From the NCBI GenBank assembly GCA_964441745.1, contig CAYTYR010000006.1, positions 1 to 64,000 of the forward strand: a DNA stretch of 64,000 nt. The letters are read 5' to 3'. A model generated the notes under the pieces. The model did not search any database and was not told the origin of the DNA. It saw only the letters and a program-made list of their open reading frames with translations. Positions 32,490 through 44,918 of this stretch are shown here, piece by piece (positions within the stretch are counted from its first letter, which is position 1; every line of letters begins with the position of its first letter). The stretch comes from an uncultured Clostridia bacterium. GTDB taxonomy: Bacteria > CAYTYR01 > UBA6262. Both the position numbers and the translations under genes were made by a program.

Positions 32490-35400
32490 CTACTTCTGAA
32501 GACCAGGCAAACCTGTACCAGCCGGGATCAAATGTCCGATAATAACATTTTCCTTTAATCCGCCCAGCTTGTCCACTTCACCGTTAACTGCCGCATTGGT
32601 CAGCACGCGGGTGGTTTCCTGGAAGCTCGCTGCGGAGATAAAGCTTTCGCTGGACAGCGAAGCCCGGGTTATACCCAGCAGGATCGGATTGGCCGTGGCT
32701 GCTTCTTTATCATCTTTTCTCATCTTTTCATTGGCTTGATTGAATTTGAATTTATTGATCTGTTCCCCAGGCAGTAAGTCACTGTCACCGGATTTATCAA
32801 TGATCACATTCTGCAGCATTTGCCGCACAATGACTTCAATATGCTTGTCATTGATGAACACGCCTTGCAGGCGGTACACTTCCTGGATCTCGTTCACCAG
32901 GTATTCCTGCACTTCCTTGTCCCCTTTGATCCGCAATACGTCATGCGGATTGATGGAGCCGTCGGTCAGCTGTTCACCAGCCAAGACCCGGTCTCCTTCA
33001 TAGATATTCAAATGCTTGCCGTAGGGGATCAGGTATTCGCGTTTCATGCCGGTTTCGCTCTGGATAATGATCTTGGTCGCGCCTTTGACCTGCTCGCCCA
33101 ATTTCACTACGCCGTCAATTTCGGAAATGATCGCCGAACTGCGCGGCTTCCTGGCTTCGAATAGTTCCGCCACCCTGGGCAGACCGCCGGTGATGTCCTT
33201 GGTCCGGGAAATTTCCAGCGGGATTTTCGCGATCACATCGCCGGTCTCGATCTTATCACCTTCATTGACTACGATATGCGCGTCGATCGGCAAGGGATAA
33301 TTGATCACCGGCTTGTTATGGGAATCCAGCAGAATGATCTGCGGATGTTTTTCTTCCTTATGTCCGATCACTATTCTTTCGGTAATATTAGTGCTCTTGT
33401 TGATCTCTTCATGGATGGTAATACCGGAAATAATATCGCCGAATTCAACTGTGCCGCTGTGTTCGGTAATGATCGGCATTGAGTATGGGTCCCACTCGGC
33501 AATGATGGTGCCGGCATCCACTTTTTTACCATCGCTCACGTTCAGCTTGGCGCCGTACGGGATCAGGTAATTTTCTTTCTTCTTGCCGTCTTCATCGCGG
33601 ATGAGGATCTCGCCGTTGCGGTTGATCACCACGAATTTATCATCTTTATTTTTAATGGTCTTTAAATTGTAATATTTTACTTTGCCTTCTTTGCGGGCTT
33701 TGATCTCTGACTGCTTGACGATACGACTGGCAGTACCGCCGATATGGAAGGTACGCAGGGTCAGCTGGGTGCCAGGTTCGCCGATGGACTGGGCCGCCAC
33801 AATACCTACCGGCTCTCCCAATTCAGCCATTTTGCTGTTGGAAAGATCACGGCCATAGCAGAGACGGCAGACGCCAACCTTAGATTCACAGGTCAGCACG
33901 GAACGGATACGGATCCTTTCAATGCCTGCTTCTTCAATCGCTTTGGCTTTTTCTTCAGTGATCATTTCGCCGGTCTGGACAATGATCTCATCTGTTAAGA
34001 GATTCACCACATTATCCAAACTTACCCGGCCGGCGATGCGTTCACGCAGGGATTCAATTATTTCATCCCCTTCCTTCAGCGCGCCAATGCGGATCCCGTT
34101 GACTGTGCCGCAATCTTCTTCAGTGACGATAACATCGTGGGCCACATCGATCAAGCGGCGGGTCAAATAGCCGGCATCAGCGGTTTTCAAGGCTGTATCA
34201 GCCAGACCTTTTCTGCCGCCGTGAGTGGAAATAAAGTATTCCAAGACGGTTAAGCCTTCACGGAAATTGGAAGTAATAGGTGACTCAATGATTTCACCAA
34301 TCTCGCCGGTAACCTTCTTCTGCGGCCGGGCCATCAAACCACGCATACCAGCCAGCTGCCGGATCTGCTGACGGCTGCCGCGGGCGCCAGAATCAGCCAT
34401 CATATAGATGGAATTAAACTTGGCGCGTCCCGGGGCGATCGGAAAATCATCTTCTGCTTTCAGGTCATTAAAGAGTATGTCTGAGACCTTATCAGTGGTA
34501 TGGGTCCAGATATCGATCACTTTGTTATAACGTTCCACATCAGTGATGATACCTTTCTTATACTGACGCTCGATCTCGTTGACTTCTTTTTGGGCTTTGC
34601 CGATCAGTTCTTTCTTTTCTTTCGGGATCTTCATATCATCTAAATTAATGGTCATGCCGGATACCGTGGCATAATGGAAGCCGATCTTTTTGATCTTGTC
34701 CAGCATGGTCACAGCCTGGGCATTACCCAGTTTAGTATAACAATCGTAGATCAGGGTAGATAATTCCCGCCGGGTAATATTCCGGTTAATAAAACGCATC
34801 TCCAGCGGCAGGATCTCGTTAAAAATAACGCGGCCTACTGTCGTCGCGATGATCTGCCCAAGCAGACGGACTTTGATCTTGGCATGCAGTCCGACAATGC
34901 CATTATCATAAGCCACAAAAACTTCGTCAGCATCGGCAAAGATCTTGCCTTCTCCCAGATCCCCGGCTTTTTCTTTGGTCAGGTAACAGCATCCCAATAC
35001 CATGTCCTGGCTGGGCGTAACGATCGGCCGTCCAGAGGCTGGGGATAAGATATTATTGCTGGCCATCATCAGGATCCTGGCTTCCAGCTGGGCTTCAATC
35101 GAAAGAGGCACATGTACCGCCATCTGGTCACCGTCAAAGTCTGCGTTAAACGCGGTACAGACCAGCGGGTGGATACGGATAGCTTTTCCTTCAATGAGCA
35201 CTGGTTCAAAAGCCTGGATACCTAATCTGTGCAAGGTCGGCGCGCGGTTCAGCAGTACCGGGTGATTCTGGATCACTTCTTCTAATGTGTCCCAGATCTC
35301 CGGACGCAGCTGCTCAATCATGCGCTTGGCGCTTTTAACTGTATGCGCTATATTCTTTTCGATCAGGTTTTTGATAATAAAAGGTTTAAACAATTCCAAA

Positions 35401-36557
35401 GCCATGGACTTAGGCAGACCGCACTGGTTCAGTTTTAGCTCCGGACCAACTACGATCACCGAACGGCCGGAATAGTCTACGCGCTTACCCAACAAGTTCT
35501 GGCGGAACCGGCCTTGTTTCCCTTTGAGAATATCGCTAAGTGATTTCAGGGGCCGGTTACCGGCGCCAGTCACCACGCGGCCGCGGGCGCCGTTTTCAAA
35601 TAAGGCATCCACTGCTTCCTGGAGCAAACGCTTTTCATTGTTGATCATGATCTCAGGGGCGCCGAGGTCCTGTATATGCTTTAAACGGTTATTACGATTG
35701 ATAATACGGCGATAGAGGTCATTCAGGTCGCTGGTAGCAAAACGCCCGCTTTCCAGGGGCACTAATGGCCGAAGGTCAGGAGGTATCACGGGGATAACAT
35801 CCATCACCATCCACTCGGGTTTATTGCCAGAGTGCATGAAAGAATCGATAATGCGTAATTGCTTCATCAATTTAATTTTATTCGGACCAGGCTGCTCGCT
35901 CTTGATCCTCTCGCGCAATTCCACGGCAGTCTTAGCCATATTGACGTCTTTCAATAATTCCTTGACCGCGCTGGCGCCGATGCCGGCTTTAAACGCGCCT
36001 TTATATTCCTGGCGGTATTTCTGGTAATCTTCTTCGCTTAACAATTGTTTTTTACGCAACGGGGTATTGCCTGGATCGATGACCACATAGCTGACGTAAT
36101 AGACGATCTGCTCCAGCTCTCCCACGCGCATATTCAAGAGTAAACCCATGCGGCTGGGTAATCTCCTGGAGAACCAAATGTGCGCCACTGGCACGGACAG
36201 TTCAATATGGCCCATGTGATCGCGCCGGACCTTTGATTCTGTCACTTCCACGCCGCAACGGTCACAAATGACACCTTTATGTTTGACCCATTTATACTTG
36301 CCGCAGGAACATTCCCAGTCACGGACCGGGCCAAAGATCTTTTCGCAGAAAAGGCCATCGCGCTCAGGTTTGAAAGTGCGGTAGTTAATGGTTTCGGCCT
36401 TTTTCACTTCCCCATAGCTCCATGTCCGGATCTGGTCGGGAGAAGCCAAACTGACCTTCATGGCGTCAAAATTATCATAGTTTAGCAGCATGCCTTTGTC
36501 TTTAGACTGCTTTGTCGATACTTTTTTAATTTTCGGTTCTTTATCTTTCTTGGACAA
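32490..36557 (-). CDS. rpoC: RNA polymerase subunit beta prime
   Basis: [13 protein letters not shown]-terminal Zn finger, trigger-loop insertion. Confidence 0.99.
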   Translation of the reverse strand: MSKKDKEPKIKKVSTKQSKDKGMLLNYDNFDAMKVSLASPDQIRTWSYGEVKKAETINYRTFKPERDGLFCEKIFGPVRDWECSCGKYKWVKHKGVICDRCGVEVTESKVRRDHMGHIELSVPVAHIWFSRRLPSRMGLLLNMRVGELEQIVYYVSYVVIDPGNTPLRKKQLLSEEDYQKYRQEYKGAFKAGIGASAVKELLKDVNMAKTAVELRERIKSEQPGPNKIKLMKQLRIIDSFMHSGNKPEWMVMDVIPVIPPDLRPLVPLESGRFATSDLNDLYRRIINRNNRLKHIQDLGAPEIMINNEKRLLQEAVDALFENGARGRVVTGAGNRPLKSLSDILKGKQGRFRQNLLGKRVDYSGRSVIVVGPELKLNQCGLPKSMALELFKPFIIKNLIEKNIAHTVKSAKRMIEQLRPEIWDTLEEVIQNHPVLLNRAPTLHRLGIQAFEPVLIEGKAIRIHPLVCTAFNADFDGDQMAVHVPLSIEAQLEARILMMASNNILSPASGRPIVTPSQDMVLGCCYLTKEKAGDLGEGKIFADADEVFVAYDNGIVGLHAKIKVRLLGQIIATTVGRVIFNEILPLEMRFINRNITRRELSTLIYDCYTKLGNAQAVTMLDKIKKIGFHYATVSGMTINLDDMKIPKEKKELIGKAQKEVNEIERQYKKGIITDVERYNKVIDIWTHTTDKVSDILFNDLKAEDDFPIAPGRAKFNSIYMMADSGARGSRQQIRQLAGMRGLMARPQKKVTGEIGEIIESPITSNFREGLTVLEYFISTHGGRKGLADTALKTADAGYLTRRLIDVAHDVIVTEEDCGTVNGIRIGALKEGDEIIESLRERIAGRVSLDNVVNLLTDEIIVQTGEMITEEKAKAIEEAGIERIRIRSVLTCESKVGVCRLCYGRDLSNSKMAELGEPVGIVAAQSIGEPGTQLTLRTFHIGGTASRIVKQSEIKARKEGKVKYYNLKTIKNKDDKFVVINRNGEILIRDEDGKKKENYLIPYGAKLNVSDGKKVDAGTIIAEWDPYSMPIITEHSGTVEFGDIISGITIHEEINKSTNITERIVIGHKEEKHPQIILLDSHNKPVINYPLPIDAHIVVNEGDKIETGDVIAKIPLEISRTKDITGGLPRVAELFEARKPRSSAIISEIDGVVKLGEQVKGATKIIIQSETGMKREYLIPYGKHLNIYEGDRVLAGEQLTDGSINPHDVLRIKGDKEVQEYLVNEIQEVYRLQGVFINDKHIEVIVRQMLQNVIIDKSGDSDLLPGEQINKFKFNQANEKMRKDDKEAATANPILLGITRASLSSESFISAASFQETTRVLTNAAVNGEVDKLGGLKENVIIGHLIPAGTGLPGLQK

Positions 36558-36575
36558 GGACGTTGTCCTCCTTTT

Positions 36576-36610
36576 ATCAGCGAACAGCGATCAGTTATCA
36601 GTGCTCAGTC
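36576..36610. repeat. 7-nt NATCAGY array
   Basis: tatcagc-gaacagc-gatcagt-tatcagt-gctcagt. Confidence 0.75.
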
Positions 36611-36637
36611 AAGCTAAATACAAAAATACTTACCCAG

Positions 36638-39600
36638 TTACTTCTTCAGTAATTCTACACTCAGGCCTAATCCCTGTAATTCCTTGATCAGCACCTTGAA
36701 TGATTCCGGGGTTCCCGGCGGAGGCGGTGTTTCACCCTTAATAATAGCCTCATACATCCTGGTGCGGCCGCTGATATCATCGCTCTTCACGGTCAGAAAT
36801 TCCTGTAAGGTGTAAGCTGCGCCGTAACCTTCAATGGCCCATACTTCCATTTCACCGAAACGTTGTCCACCGAATTGGGCTTTGCCTCCCAGAGGTTGGC
36901 GGGTAATCAGCGCGTACGGCCCGATCGAACGGGCATGCATCTTATCATCAACCAAGTGCGCCAGTTTCAATATATAGGTTTGTCCTACGGTTACTTTTTC
37001 ATGGAACGATTCCCCGGTCCGGCCATCATAGAGCGTTACTCTGGAGTCACGCGGCAAACCGGATTTTTCCAGCATCTCCTGGATCTCTGTCTCCCTGGCT
37101 CCATCAAAGACCGGAGTAATGGCGACACAGCCCTGCTTGCTGGCAGCCAAGCCCAGCTCTGCTTCCAGGATCTGCCCGATATTCATACGGGAAGGCACGC
37201 TCAATGGATTCAAGATAATATCTAAGGGCGTTCCGTCAGCCATGTATGGCATATCTTCCTGCGGCAGCACTTTGGAAATAACACCTTTGTTACCATGCCG
37301 GCCGGCCACTTTATCACCGACCGAGATCCTTCTCTTGGAAGCGATATAAACTTTGACCAGCTTGTTGACTTCCACGGAAAGCTCATCGCCTTTTTTATAC
37401 CGGTCGATCGCCTGATTTTTTTCGCGCCGCGCCTGTTCGATCATGAGCAGAGCCATACGCTCAAAAAATTCAGCCTGTTCCTTGGCTTCTTCTTTTAATT
37501 TAGCAGAGCCTTTGGGCTGTCCTTTTAAAGCAGAGGATAGCTCATTCTTGACCCGTTCCGCTTCTTTTTTAGCATCGCTCTTGATCTTGGAGACAGCAGA
37601 CTGGAATTCCTTATTAATGCGCTCTATTTCTTTCTTTTCGGTAGCTTTGGTCCGGCCCTTTTCCTTGCGGGAAAATACTTTTACGCCGATAACTTTGCCA
37701 TCTACTCCCGGCGGCACATACAAGCTGGCATCGCGGACTTCTTCCGCTTTTTCGCCGAAGATCACGCGCAACAGGCGTTCTTCAGGAGTAACCTGGGTCT
37801 CTCCCTTGGGAGTCACTTTACCGACCAGGATATCCCCGGGCCTGACTTCCGCGCCAATGCGAATAATACCGCGTTCATCCAGATTACGCAGGGTATCTTC
37901 CCCAACATTGGGAATATCCCGGGTAATTTCTTCCGCGCGCAGTTTTAAATCACGGGCTTCGATCTCAAATTCAGTAATATGCACGCTGGTAAAGACATCT
38001 TCCTTGAGCAACCTTTCGTTGATCAGGATGGCATCTTCAAAATTATAACCTTCCCAGGTCATAAATCCTACCAGCAAGTTACGTCCCAAAGCCAGGTCCC
38101 CGCCATCGGTCGCGGCGCCGTCAGCAATAATGGTACCCTTGCTGACATGATCGCCGGCCTGCACTATCGGCCGCTGGTTAATGCAGGTATCCTGGTTGGT
38201 GCGAACAAATTTTTTCAAATAATAGATATCAATATCGCTGTTATTTTCAAGGTTCCTTTTGCCGCTGGTTTCATCCCAGATGATGATCTTTTCACTATCG
38301 GCAAAACGGACAACACCCTCACGTTTAGCTAAAATCACGGCGCCACTGTCCACCGCGATCTTTTGTTCCATGCCGGTGCCGACAAACGGCCTTTCCGGAA
38401 AGAGCAGCGGCACTGCCTGGCGTTGCATATTGGAACCCATCAAAGCGCGGTTCGCATCATCATGCTCCAGGAACGGGATCAGCGCGGCGGCAATACTGAC
38501 CAGCTGTTTGGGTGAAACGTCCATATAAGCGATTTCGCTGGGCGGCAGTAAGGGGAAGAAATCACGAAGCCTGGTCAGCACTTGCGCATCCAGGATCTTT
38601 CCGGTTTTTTCTTCCATCAAGGTATTAGCCTGCGCTACCACCACTTCATCTTCATCATCAGCGGTAAAATACTCTATATCATTGGTCGCTTTTCCGTCTT
38701 TCACTTTACGATACGGGGTTTCCAAAAATCCATATTCATTAACTTTGGCATAAGTGGAAAGCGAAGTGATCAAACCGATGTTTGGACCTTCCGGGGTTTC
38801 GATCGGGCAGATCCGGCCATAATGGGTCGGGTGCACGTCGCGCACTTCAAATCCGGCGCGTTTCCGGTTCAGGCCGCCAGGTCCGAGAGCGCTCAAACGA
38901 CGTTTGTGAGTCAATTCGGACAGAGGATTGGTCTGGTCCATGAACTGGGACAACTGGCTGGAACCGTAAAACTTCCTGATCACGGCCACGATCGGTGACG
39001 TATTGATCAGATCGCGCGGAGTAATATTTTCCAGATCTTTGATGTTCATTTTTTCCCGGACCAGCCGTTCCATATGGGAGAGGCCGATACGAATCTGGTT
39101 TTCCAGCAGTTCCCCTACCGAACGGATACGGCGATTGCCTAAATGGTCAATATCATCAATGATCCTCCGGGCGGTAATCTTGCCATGACTGTCTTTCAGC
39201 TCGGAAATACCATTATTCAGGTCAATGACATATTTGATCGTTTCAATGATATCCTGCACCGTCAGCGTGCGTTTGGAATCAGCGATATCAAGATGCAGTT
39301 TTTTGTTTAGTTTATAGCGGCCAACTTTGCCGAGGTCATACTTCTTGGGATTGGTAAAGAGCAGTTCCTGCAGGTAATTCTGGGCCATTTCCGTGCCGAG
39401 AAAATCAAAAGGCCGCAGTTTTTTGAAAATTTCCATGGCTACATCGCGGTTAGATTTGATCGGGTCTTTCTTGATCGTATTGAGAATGGTAACATTATTG
39501 ATCTGGGTATCGATCTTGACGATCTTGACTTTGTCCACTTTCTCTTTCATCAAGAGGTCATAAAGCTCTTTGGTGATCTCTTTGGCTGCATCCAGCAGGA

Positions 39601-40369
39601 TCTCGCCAGTCTTGGGATTAACCACATCGCTGGCCAGATAGCTGCCGATCAGACGGTCCTGGCTTTCCTGGGAATCCCTGACTTTGATCTCTTCATTTTG
39701 GTAAAACAAGTTGAGGATCTTTTCATCAGTTTCATATCCCAGTACCCGCAGGAACGTGGTGACTGGGAATTTGCGTTTTTTATTGATCCGCACAAACAGG
39801 GCGTTATTGACGTCAAACTCAAATTCAACCCAGGCCCCGCGATAAGGAATGATCCGGGCGGTGTAAAGTTTCTTACCATAAGAAGAGATCACATTATTTT
39901 CATCTTCTTCGAAGATCACGCCTGGTGAACGGTGCAGCTGGCTTACTACTACCCGTTGCGCGCCGTTGATAATGAAAGATCCGGTAGTCGTCATCAGCGG
40001 CAATTCGCAGATAAAAATCTCCTGCTCCGTCACCTCTTTGACCTTGTTTTTGGCTTCAGCATCTTTGATAATAAGACGAATTTTCGCCTTGAGCGGCGAA
40101 GAGTAAGTCATATCCTTTTCGATACATTCATCTTCGTTATACAAAGGAGTATCCAGGATATAATTGACATATTCTAACGACAAAGTTCCCGTCGAGTTAG
40201 TGATCGGGAAAATGTCTTTGAAGGCAGCTTGGAGCCCGTTGTATTTCCGTTTTTCCGGGGCGGCATTCTGCTGTAAGAACTCAGCATATGATTTCTTCTG
40301 TATTTCCAGAAGATCAGGAAGATCCATTATTGAGGGAATGCGGGCAAAATTCAATTTCTTTTTGCTCAT
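36638..40369 (-). CDS. rpoB: RNA polymerase subunit beta
   Basis: [39 protein letters not shown]. Confidence 0.99.
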   Translation of the reverse strand: MSKKKLNFARIPSIMDLPDLLEIQKKSYAEFLQQNAAPEKRKYNGLQAAFKDIFPITNSTGTLSLEYVNYILDTPLYNEDECIEKDMTYSSPLKAKIRLIIKDAEAKNKVKEVTEQEIFICELPLMTTTGSFIINGAQRVVVSQLHRSPGVIFEEDENNVISSYGKKLYTARIIPYRGAWVEFEFDVNNALFVRINKKRKFPVTTFLRVLGYETDEKILNLFYQNEEIKVRDSQESQDRLIGSYLASDVVNPKTGEILLDAAKEITKELYDLLMKEKVDKVKIVKIDTQINNVTILNTIKKDPIKSNRDVAMEIFKKLRPFDFLGTEMAQNYLQELLFTNPKKYDLGKVGRYKLNKKLHLDIADSKRTLTVQDIIETIKYVIDLNNGISELKDSHGKITARRIIDDIDHLGNRRIRSVGELLENQIRIGLSHMERLVREKMNIKDLENITPRDLINTSPIVAVIRKFYGSSQLSQFMDQTNPLSELTHKRRLSALGPGGLNRKRAGFEVRDVHPTHYGRICPIETPEGPNIGLITSLSTYAKVNEYGFLETPYRKVKDGKATNDIEYFTADDEDEVVVAQANTLMEEKTGKILDAQVLTRLRDFFPLLPPSEIAYMDVSPKQLVSIAAALIPFLEHDDANRALMGSNMQRQAVPLLFPERPFVGTGMEQKIAVDSGAVILAKREGVVRFADSEKIIIWDETSGKRNLENNSDIDIYYLKKFVRTNQDTCINQRPIVQAGDHVSKGTIIADGAATDGGDLALGRNLLVGFMTWEGYNFEDAILINERLLKEDVFTSVHITEFEIEARDLKLRAEEITRDIPNVGEDTLRNLDERGIIRIGAEVRPGDILVGKVTPKGETQVTPEERLLRVIFGEKAEEVRDASLYVPPGVDGKVIGVKVFSRKEKGRTKATEKKEIERINKEFQSAVSKIKSDAKKEAERVKNELSSALKGQPKGSAKLKEEAKEQAEFFERMALLMIEQARREKNQAIDRYKKGDELSVEVNKLVKVYIASKRRISVGDKVAGRHGNKGVISKVLPQEDMPYMADGTPLDIILNPLSVPSRMNIGQILEAELGLAASKQGCVAITPVFDGARETEIQEMLEKSGLPRDSRVTLYDGRTGESFHEKVTVGQTYILKLAHLVDDKMHARSIGPYALITRQPLGGKAQFGGQRFGEMEVWAIEGYGAAYTLQEFLTVKSDDISGRTRMYEAIIKGETPPPPGTPESFKVLIKELQGLGLSVELLKK

Positions 40370-40407
40370 TTGAACCTCATACTTTCGTTAAAAAACATGT
40401 TTATTAT

Positions 40408-40455
40408 AAAAAGCTTAACTCTCTGCTCAAAAAATAGTAGAGAGGGAAGCTTTTT
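40408..40455 (-). terminator. Hairpin terminator/attenuator between rplL and rpoB
   Basis: aaaaagctt..ctctct..agagag..aagcttttt stem ending in a T run. Confidence 0.6.
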
Positions 40456-40501
40456 ACCTATATATTAGCTAACTGCGTGTGACATTGAGGTAAAAATTAG
40501 C

Positions 40502-40876
40502 TTATTTAAGCTCAGCGGTAGCGCCGGCTTCTTCCAGTTTCTTCTTCATTTCATTGGCTTGTTCTTTGGTCAAGCCTTCTTTCACTGGTTTGGGCACGCC
40601 CTCCACCAGATCCTTGGCTTCTTTCAAGCCCAGGGCAGTCAGCTCTCTGACGACTTTGATGACGCCGATCTTGTTGGCGCCAAATCCAGTCAGCATCACG
40701 GTGAAGTCAGTTTTCTCTTCAGCTGCGGCGGCTCCTGGCGCTGCAGCAGCGGCAACCGCTACCGGAGCGGCGCTGACGCCGAACTTCTCTTCCAGCGTCT
40801 TCACTAGCTCGCTTAATTCTAACACGCTCATTTTCTCAATTGACTCAATCATTTGATCTTTGGTTATTGCAGTCAT
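40502..40876 (-). CDS. rplL: 50S ribosomal protein L7/L12
   Basis: [21 protein letters not shown]. Confidence 0.98.
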   Translation of the reverse strand: MTAITKDQMIESIEKMSVLELSELVKTLEEKFGVSAAPVAVAAAAAPGAAAAEEKTDFTVMLTGFGANKIGVIKVVRELTALGLKEAKDLVEGVPKPVKEGLTKEQANEMKKKLEEAGATAELK

Positions 40877-40911
40877 GTACTGCACCTCCTTATTATATCC
40901 CATCCCGGGGA

Positions 40912-41445
40912 TTATGCGCTTGTTTGCGCTTTGTTTTTACTGATGTTATCCAGCACAGTTACCAGTTTTTGCAGCGGCCCGTTCAAGACATAAACCAAAT
41001 TCGCGTACGGCGCTTGCAGCCTGGATACGAGCATGGACAATAGTACCTGCCGGCTAGGCAGACTGGCCAACGATTTTAACTCTTTCTCATTCACCACCTT
41101 TTTTTCAATTAATCCTGCTTTGACTTTTAACTTATCATGGTCCTTTTTGAAATCCATAATGACCTTGGCCGGGCCAACAGGATCCCCATAAACAAAACAA
41201 ACCGCGGTCGGACCAGTTAAGGTCTCATCGATCGCGGTATAGTCTGTGTCTTTGCTGGCAATATGCAACAGCGTATTTTGAATAATATGATATTCGCAGG
41301 AAACTTTTCTCAATTTACCTCTTAAGTCATTAAGATCTCCTACGTTTAATCCCTGATATTCAGTGACAATTACTCCACTGGCTTTCTGGAGCTTGTCCTT
41401 CAGGTTGTCCATTGTTACTTTTTTAGCTTGTTTTGTTTTTGGCAT
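40912..41445 (-). CDS. rplJ: 50S ribosomal protein L10
   Basis: EYQGLNV, LTGPTA, LASLPSR. Confidence 0.96.
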   Translation of the reverse strand: MPKTKQAKKVTMDNLKDKLQKASGVIVTEYQGLNVGDLNDLRGKLRKVSCEYHIIQNTLLHIASKDTDYTAIDETLTGPTAVCFVYGDPVGPAKVIMDFKKDHDKLKVKAGLIEKKVVNEKELKSLASLPSRQVLLSMLVSRLQAPYANLVYVLNGPLQKLVTVLDNISKNKAQTSA

Positions 41446-41470
41446 TTTATCATCCTCATTTTATAAAAAG

Positions 41471-41589
41471 AAAAAAACTTCACACCGAACCGATGGAAGT
41501 TTTTTTGTTGACTCCTCTGTCTCGGCAGGCTCTTAGCAAAAGAATTAATCCGCCTTTAAGTACAAGGCGGATACCTTGCTTCTTAGACT
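41471..41589 (-). promoter_or_regulatory. L10 leader (autoregulatory RNA) with attenuator hairpin
   Basis: Minus strand GTCTAAGA..AGG..TTAA..CCTGCCGAGAC, then aaaacttc..gaagttttttt hairpin before rplJ. Confidence 0.7.
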
Positions 41590-41597
41590 ATATCTAT

Positions 41598-41626
41598 ATA
41601 ATATCAGATGTTTCAAATATTGTCAA
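41598..41626 (-). promoter_or_regulatory. Sigma70 promoter for rplJL
   Basis: TTGACA-17 nt-TATTAT. Confidence 0.75.
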
Positions 41627-41644
41627 GTGTTTTTTTCAACAAAA

Positions 41645-41701
41645 CGATTCCGCGGATTCAAGTTACGCCTGCCTGCCGTCAGGCAGGGATTACGCGGATT
41701 A
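41645..41701. repeat. 9-nt GATTACGCG array with CCTG-CCTGCC-GTCA-GGCAGG insert
   Basis: gattccgcggatt..ttacg[cctgcctgccgtcaggcagg]gattacgcggatt. Confidence 0.75.
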
Positions 41702-41704
41702 GTA

Positions 41705-42409
41705 CTATTTCGTTAATGAGTTAAGAACCTGGGTGGAGTCGAGCTTGATCCCCGGGCCCATCGTAGAACAGACGGACATGGATTTAATATAATGCCCCTT
41801 GGCAGTAGCCGGTTTAGCTTTGACCACAGCTTCGATCAAGGCCTTGGCATTCTCTTCCAGCTGGTTAGCGGCAAAACTGACCTTACCAACTATAGTATGA
41901 ATCACTGCTGACGCATCAGCCCGATATTCTACTTTACCTTTTTTAATTTCTCCTACCGCTTTGCCCACTTCAAAAGTAACTGTACCTACTTTAGGATTAG
42001 GCATCAAACCTTTTGGTCCTAAGACCTTACCAACCTTGGACAGGTCTTTCATCATATCCGGAGTCGCTACGATCACATCAAAATCCAGCCAGCCCCCGGC
42101 AATCTTCTCGATCATATCTTCAGCGCCGGCAAAATCAGCCTTGGCGTTTTCTGCTTCTTTTATTTTTTCACCTTTGGCGATAACCAGCACTCGTTTGCTC
42201 TTACCCGTACCATGGGGCATAACGACAGCCCCTCTGATGGATTGTTCAGCTTGTTTTGGATCGATCCCCAAGCATACGGTCAGCTCTACGGTTTCATCAA
42301 ATTTAGCAGTAGCTGTCTGTTTGACCAGCTCACAAGCTTCTTTTAAGGTATAGACCTTATGGTGGTCAACCAATTTTGCTACCTTATCATATTTCTTGCC
42401 ATGACTCAT
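41705..42409 (-). CDS. rplA: 50S ribosomal protein L1
   Basis: [24 protein letters not shown]. Confidence 0.98.
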   Translation of the reverse strand: MSHGKKYDKVAKLVDHHKVYTLKEACELVKQTATAKFDETVELTVCLGIDPKQAEQSIRGAVVMPHGTGKSKRVLVIAKGEKIKEAENAKADFAGAEDMIEKIAGGWLDFDVIVATPDMMKDLSKVGKVLGPKGLMPNPKVGTVTFEVGKAVGEIKKGKVEYRADASAVIHTIVGKVSFAANQLEENAKALIEAVVKAKPATAKGHYIKSMSVCSTMGPGIKLDSTQVLNSLTK

Positions 42410-42423
42410 TTTCTTTCCTCCTG

Positions 42424-42497
42424 GTGGTATTAGCGTCCAGCACCACTTTTTTAAGTCCCACCTTGTGAGCTATGAAAAGTGGTGCTGGACTCCCACA
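42424..42497 (-). promoter_or_regulatory. Putative L1-binding mRNA site before rplA, with long apical stem
   Basis: Minus strand GTGGGAG..GCTAATACCAC next to RBS; 16-bp perfect stem 42435-50/42475-90. Confidence 0.65.
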
Positions 42498-42608
42498 TGA
42501 ATATACGAATATCTCGAATGATAGCGAATGCCTATAATAAATATTTTCTTACCTTATATATTATATCATATTAGCGAAATTCGCTTCTCTTAATTCGCGT
42601 AATTCGGT
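42498..42608. repeat. CGAAT-core 9-nt array plus inverted ATTCG block
   Basis: tgaatatacgaatatctcgaatgatagcgaat / attagcgaaattcgc..taattcgcgtaattcgg. Confidence 0.75.
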
Positions 42609-42610
42609 AT

Positions 42611-43036
42611 TTACTCTATTTCAATACCCATTGACCTGGCAGTGCCTTCGACCATATGGATGGCCCCTTCCAGATCCTTGGCATTCAAATCAACCATTTT
42701 CTGGTTAGCGATCTCTTTTACTTTCTCTTTGGAAACCTTGCCGATCTTTTTGCGATTAGGTTCTCCGCTGGCTACCGCAATCCCGGCAGCTTTCTTTAAT
42801 AATATGGCTACTGGAGGCACTTTAGTGATAAAGGTAAAACTGCGATCTTCAAAAACCGTGATGATCACAGGAATAATGATACCTTGTTCCTGACTAGAGG
42901 TCTTGGCATTGAACTGTTTGCAGAACTCCATAATATTTACACCTTGCTGACCTAATGCCGGGCCAACTGGCGGAGCTGGATTAGCTGCTCCCGCGGGAAT
43001 CTGTAATTTGACTATTGCTTTTACTTTCTTAGCCAT
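42611..43036 (-). CDS. rplK: 50S ribosomal protein L11
   Basis: [20 protein letters not shown]. Confidence 0.99.
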   Translation of the reverse strand: MAKKVKAIVKLQIPAGAANPAPPVGPALGQQGVNIMEFCKQFNAKTSSQEQGIIIPVIITVFEDRSFTFITKVPPVAILLKKAAGIAVASGEPNRKKIGKVSKEKVKEIANQKMVDLNAKDLEGAIHMVEGTARSMGIEIE

Positions 43037-43115
43037 TGTGAAACTCCTTTAAGGTAACTTCCGATAAAAATACGATTGCAGTGTTTTTACTGATTGCCGC
43101 TGCAATCGTGAAGGT

Positions 43116-43646
43116 TTAAATTTTTTCTACTTGCAGGAAATCAAGCTCAACCGGTGTAGCCCGGCCAAAGATCGTGACCATGACTTTTAATTTGCCCCGT
43201 TCCATATTCACTTCTTCCACGATTCCGGCAAAATTGGCGAAAGGCCCTTCAATAATGCGCACATTTTCATTCTTATCAAACATAATCGCGGGTTTGGGCT
43301 TAGCCGTATGTTCCCGGTTGCTGAGATCCAGGATCTTGGCGATCTCTTCTTCCGGTAAGGGTACCGGAGTAGTCCCACCCAGGAAACCGGTAATGCCCGG
43401 CGTAGTGCGGATGACTCCCCACACTTGCTCGTCCATTTCCATTTCGACCAGAACGTAACCAGGGAAAAATTTACGGGTATAGACTTTTTTCTTATTGTTT
43501 TTGATCTCTACTACTTCTTCTGTCGGGACCAGGACATTAAAAATTTTATCAGTCAGGTTTTTAGTAGCAACCAGCTTGAGCAAATTCTCTTTGACTCGGT
43601 CTTCATGTCCTGTATAGGTGTGCAGTACATACCAGCGCTTTGCCAT
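43116..43646 (-). CDS. nusG: Transcription factor NusG
   Basis: WYVLHTYTGHE, FFPGYVLVEM, IFGRATPVEL. Confidence 0.98.
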   Translation of the reverse strand: MAKRWYVLHTYTGHEDRVKENLLKLVATKNLTDKIFNVLVPTEEVVEIKNNKKKVYTRKFFPGYVLVEMEMDEQVWGVIRTTPGITGFLGGTTPVPLPEEEIAKILDLSNREHTAKPKPAIMFDKNENVRIIEGPFANFAGIVEEVNMERGKLKVMVTIFGRATPVELDFLQVEKI

Positions 43647-43664
43647 TATCTTTAACCTTTACCT

Positions 43665-43862
43665 TTACATAATCAGGCCAAACAACCTGGAAAGCACAAA
43701 ATCAACCAGCCCAATAAAGATGGAAAGAACCAGTATCGCAAAAATGACTACCACCGTAGCCCCAACAAACTCTTGCTTCGAGGGCCACGATACTTTTTTG
43801 CCTTCAGCTACTACTTCCCTGAAGAATTGCTTTACTTTTTCCAGAATCTGTTTAGCATTCAT
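43665..43862 (-). CDS. secE: Preprotein translocase SecE
   Basis: E.KKVSWPS, single TM; upstream of nusG. Confidence 0.94.
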   Translation of the reverse strand: MNAKQILEKVKQFFREVVAEGKKVSWPSKQEFVGATVVVIFAILVLSIFIGLVDFVLSRLFGLIM

Positions 43863-43896
43863 AGATAACCCGTAATTTAATTAATATAATCCAATA

Positions 43897-43925
43897 TATA
43901 TATAGCAAACTGAACTATTTGTCAA
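43897..43925 (-). promoter_or_regulatory. Putative sigma70 promoter for secE-nusG
   Basis: TTGACA-17 nt-TATATA. Confidence 0.55.
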
Positions 43926-43942
43926 GCACTTTTTTCTTAAAA

Positions 43943-44007
43943 TGATTACACCGATTACAAAAGAAGATTACCCGCCACTAAGGCTTCGGCGGGCGCGGCA
44001 CAGATTA
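43943..44007. repeat. 9-nt GATTACACN array with CCCGCC..GGCGGG insert
   Basis: gattacaccgatta..gatta[cccgccactaaggcttcggcgggcgcgg]cacagatta. Confidence 0.75.
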
Positions 44008-44799
44008 AAGCTTAAATCTTAGGCTGAGGGCGTAGGCTGAGTCGCCGCCAACCGTATTATATTCCAGCCCCAGCCGGAAAAAAGGCACCGGTGTTATTTC
44101 CACGCCAGCCAACAAGCGGGTCTCGGTACTTTCCTTATCCCAGGACTTATTAATTCCCAGGGAATTTATCCTGTAGGCAGCTTCGGTAGTAAATTGCTCC
44201 TGGCCAATACCAGCATAGGGTGTAAAGAAGAGTAATTCCTTTTGCACGATAGCCTTGACCCCCATATTATGAGCTTTAATTGTCGCCTGGGCATCGTCAG
44301 TATCACTGCCAAATTTTACATCTGATACTTTATTATAAGTAAAACTGACGCTGACTCCAGGAGTATTCAAGCTGTCATTTAATAAACCCACCCGCACTTC
44401 CCCACCGGTAACAGTGACACTATCTTCTGGTCCAGCTGTAATAGCTCCCAGTCGCGCCCCGATAGCAAGTGACCCGATACCGCTGACTGCAGGCAGTGAA
44501 AATCCACCAAACAAACCAAGACGGGCAGCAGCAAAAACTGTCGGAAAATACGTACTCTTGGATTCGCCAGTATTTATGTCCTTATAATCAACTTTATAAG
44601 CAGCTACGCCAGTACCAATGGTAAAATTCGGTAAGCCAGGCAGCGGTTCACTACCTACCATCCCAGTGGAAACGACCCCATTTAAGGGTTTATTAATGAC
44701 CTCCAATAAATCCAATACTCCTTGCTCGGTCGGCGCAGCTGATACAATCCGCGCCATAAGCAATATTGTTAAACCCGTTAATAGTAATAGTTTTTTCAT
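44005..44799 (-). CDS. Putative outer-membrane beta-barrel protein
   Basis: Signal peptide, alternating beta-strand patterns (FTPYAGIG, FRLGLEY), C-terminal ALSLRFKL. Confidence 0.65.
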   Translation of the reverse strand: MKKLLLLTGLTILLMARIVSAAPTEQGVLDLLEVINKPLNGVVSTGMVGSEPLPGLPNFTIGTGVAAYKVDYKDINTGESKSTYFPTVFAAARLGLFGGFSLPAVSGIGSLAIGARLGAITAGPEDSVTVTGGEVRVGLLNDSLNTPGVSVSFTYNKVSDVKFGSDTDDAQATIKAHNMGVKAIVQKELLFFTPYAGIGQEQFTTEAAYRINSLGINKSWDKESTETRLLAGVEITPVPFFRLGLEYNTVGGDSAYALSLRFKL

Positions 44800-44822
44800 A
44801 TAATCCCCCTAATTGAATTCAA

Positions 44823-44911
44823 TTTCTAAATCCGAATATCTAAATCCTAAACAAATACTAATTTCAAAATTCAAAACTGTTTAGAATTTAGGACTTAGCG
44901 CTTCGAATTTG
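44823..44911. repeat. 7-nt TCTAAAT array plus inverted block
   Basis: ctaaatccgaatatctaaatcctaaacaaat.. / tgtttagaatttaggacttagcgcttcgaattt. Confidence 0.85.
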
Positions 44912-44918
44912 TTCTTAG

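Noticed and set aside
37380-37680. Charged coiled-coil segment in RpoB as an intein or foreign insertion
   Set aside because: No intein motifs; position and composition fit a known lineage-specific beta insertion
43863-44004. tRNA-Trp or rpmG upstream of secE
   Set aside because: No cloverleaf or T-loop motif and no L33-like ORF; holds a promoter and a repeat array
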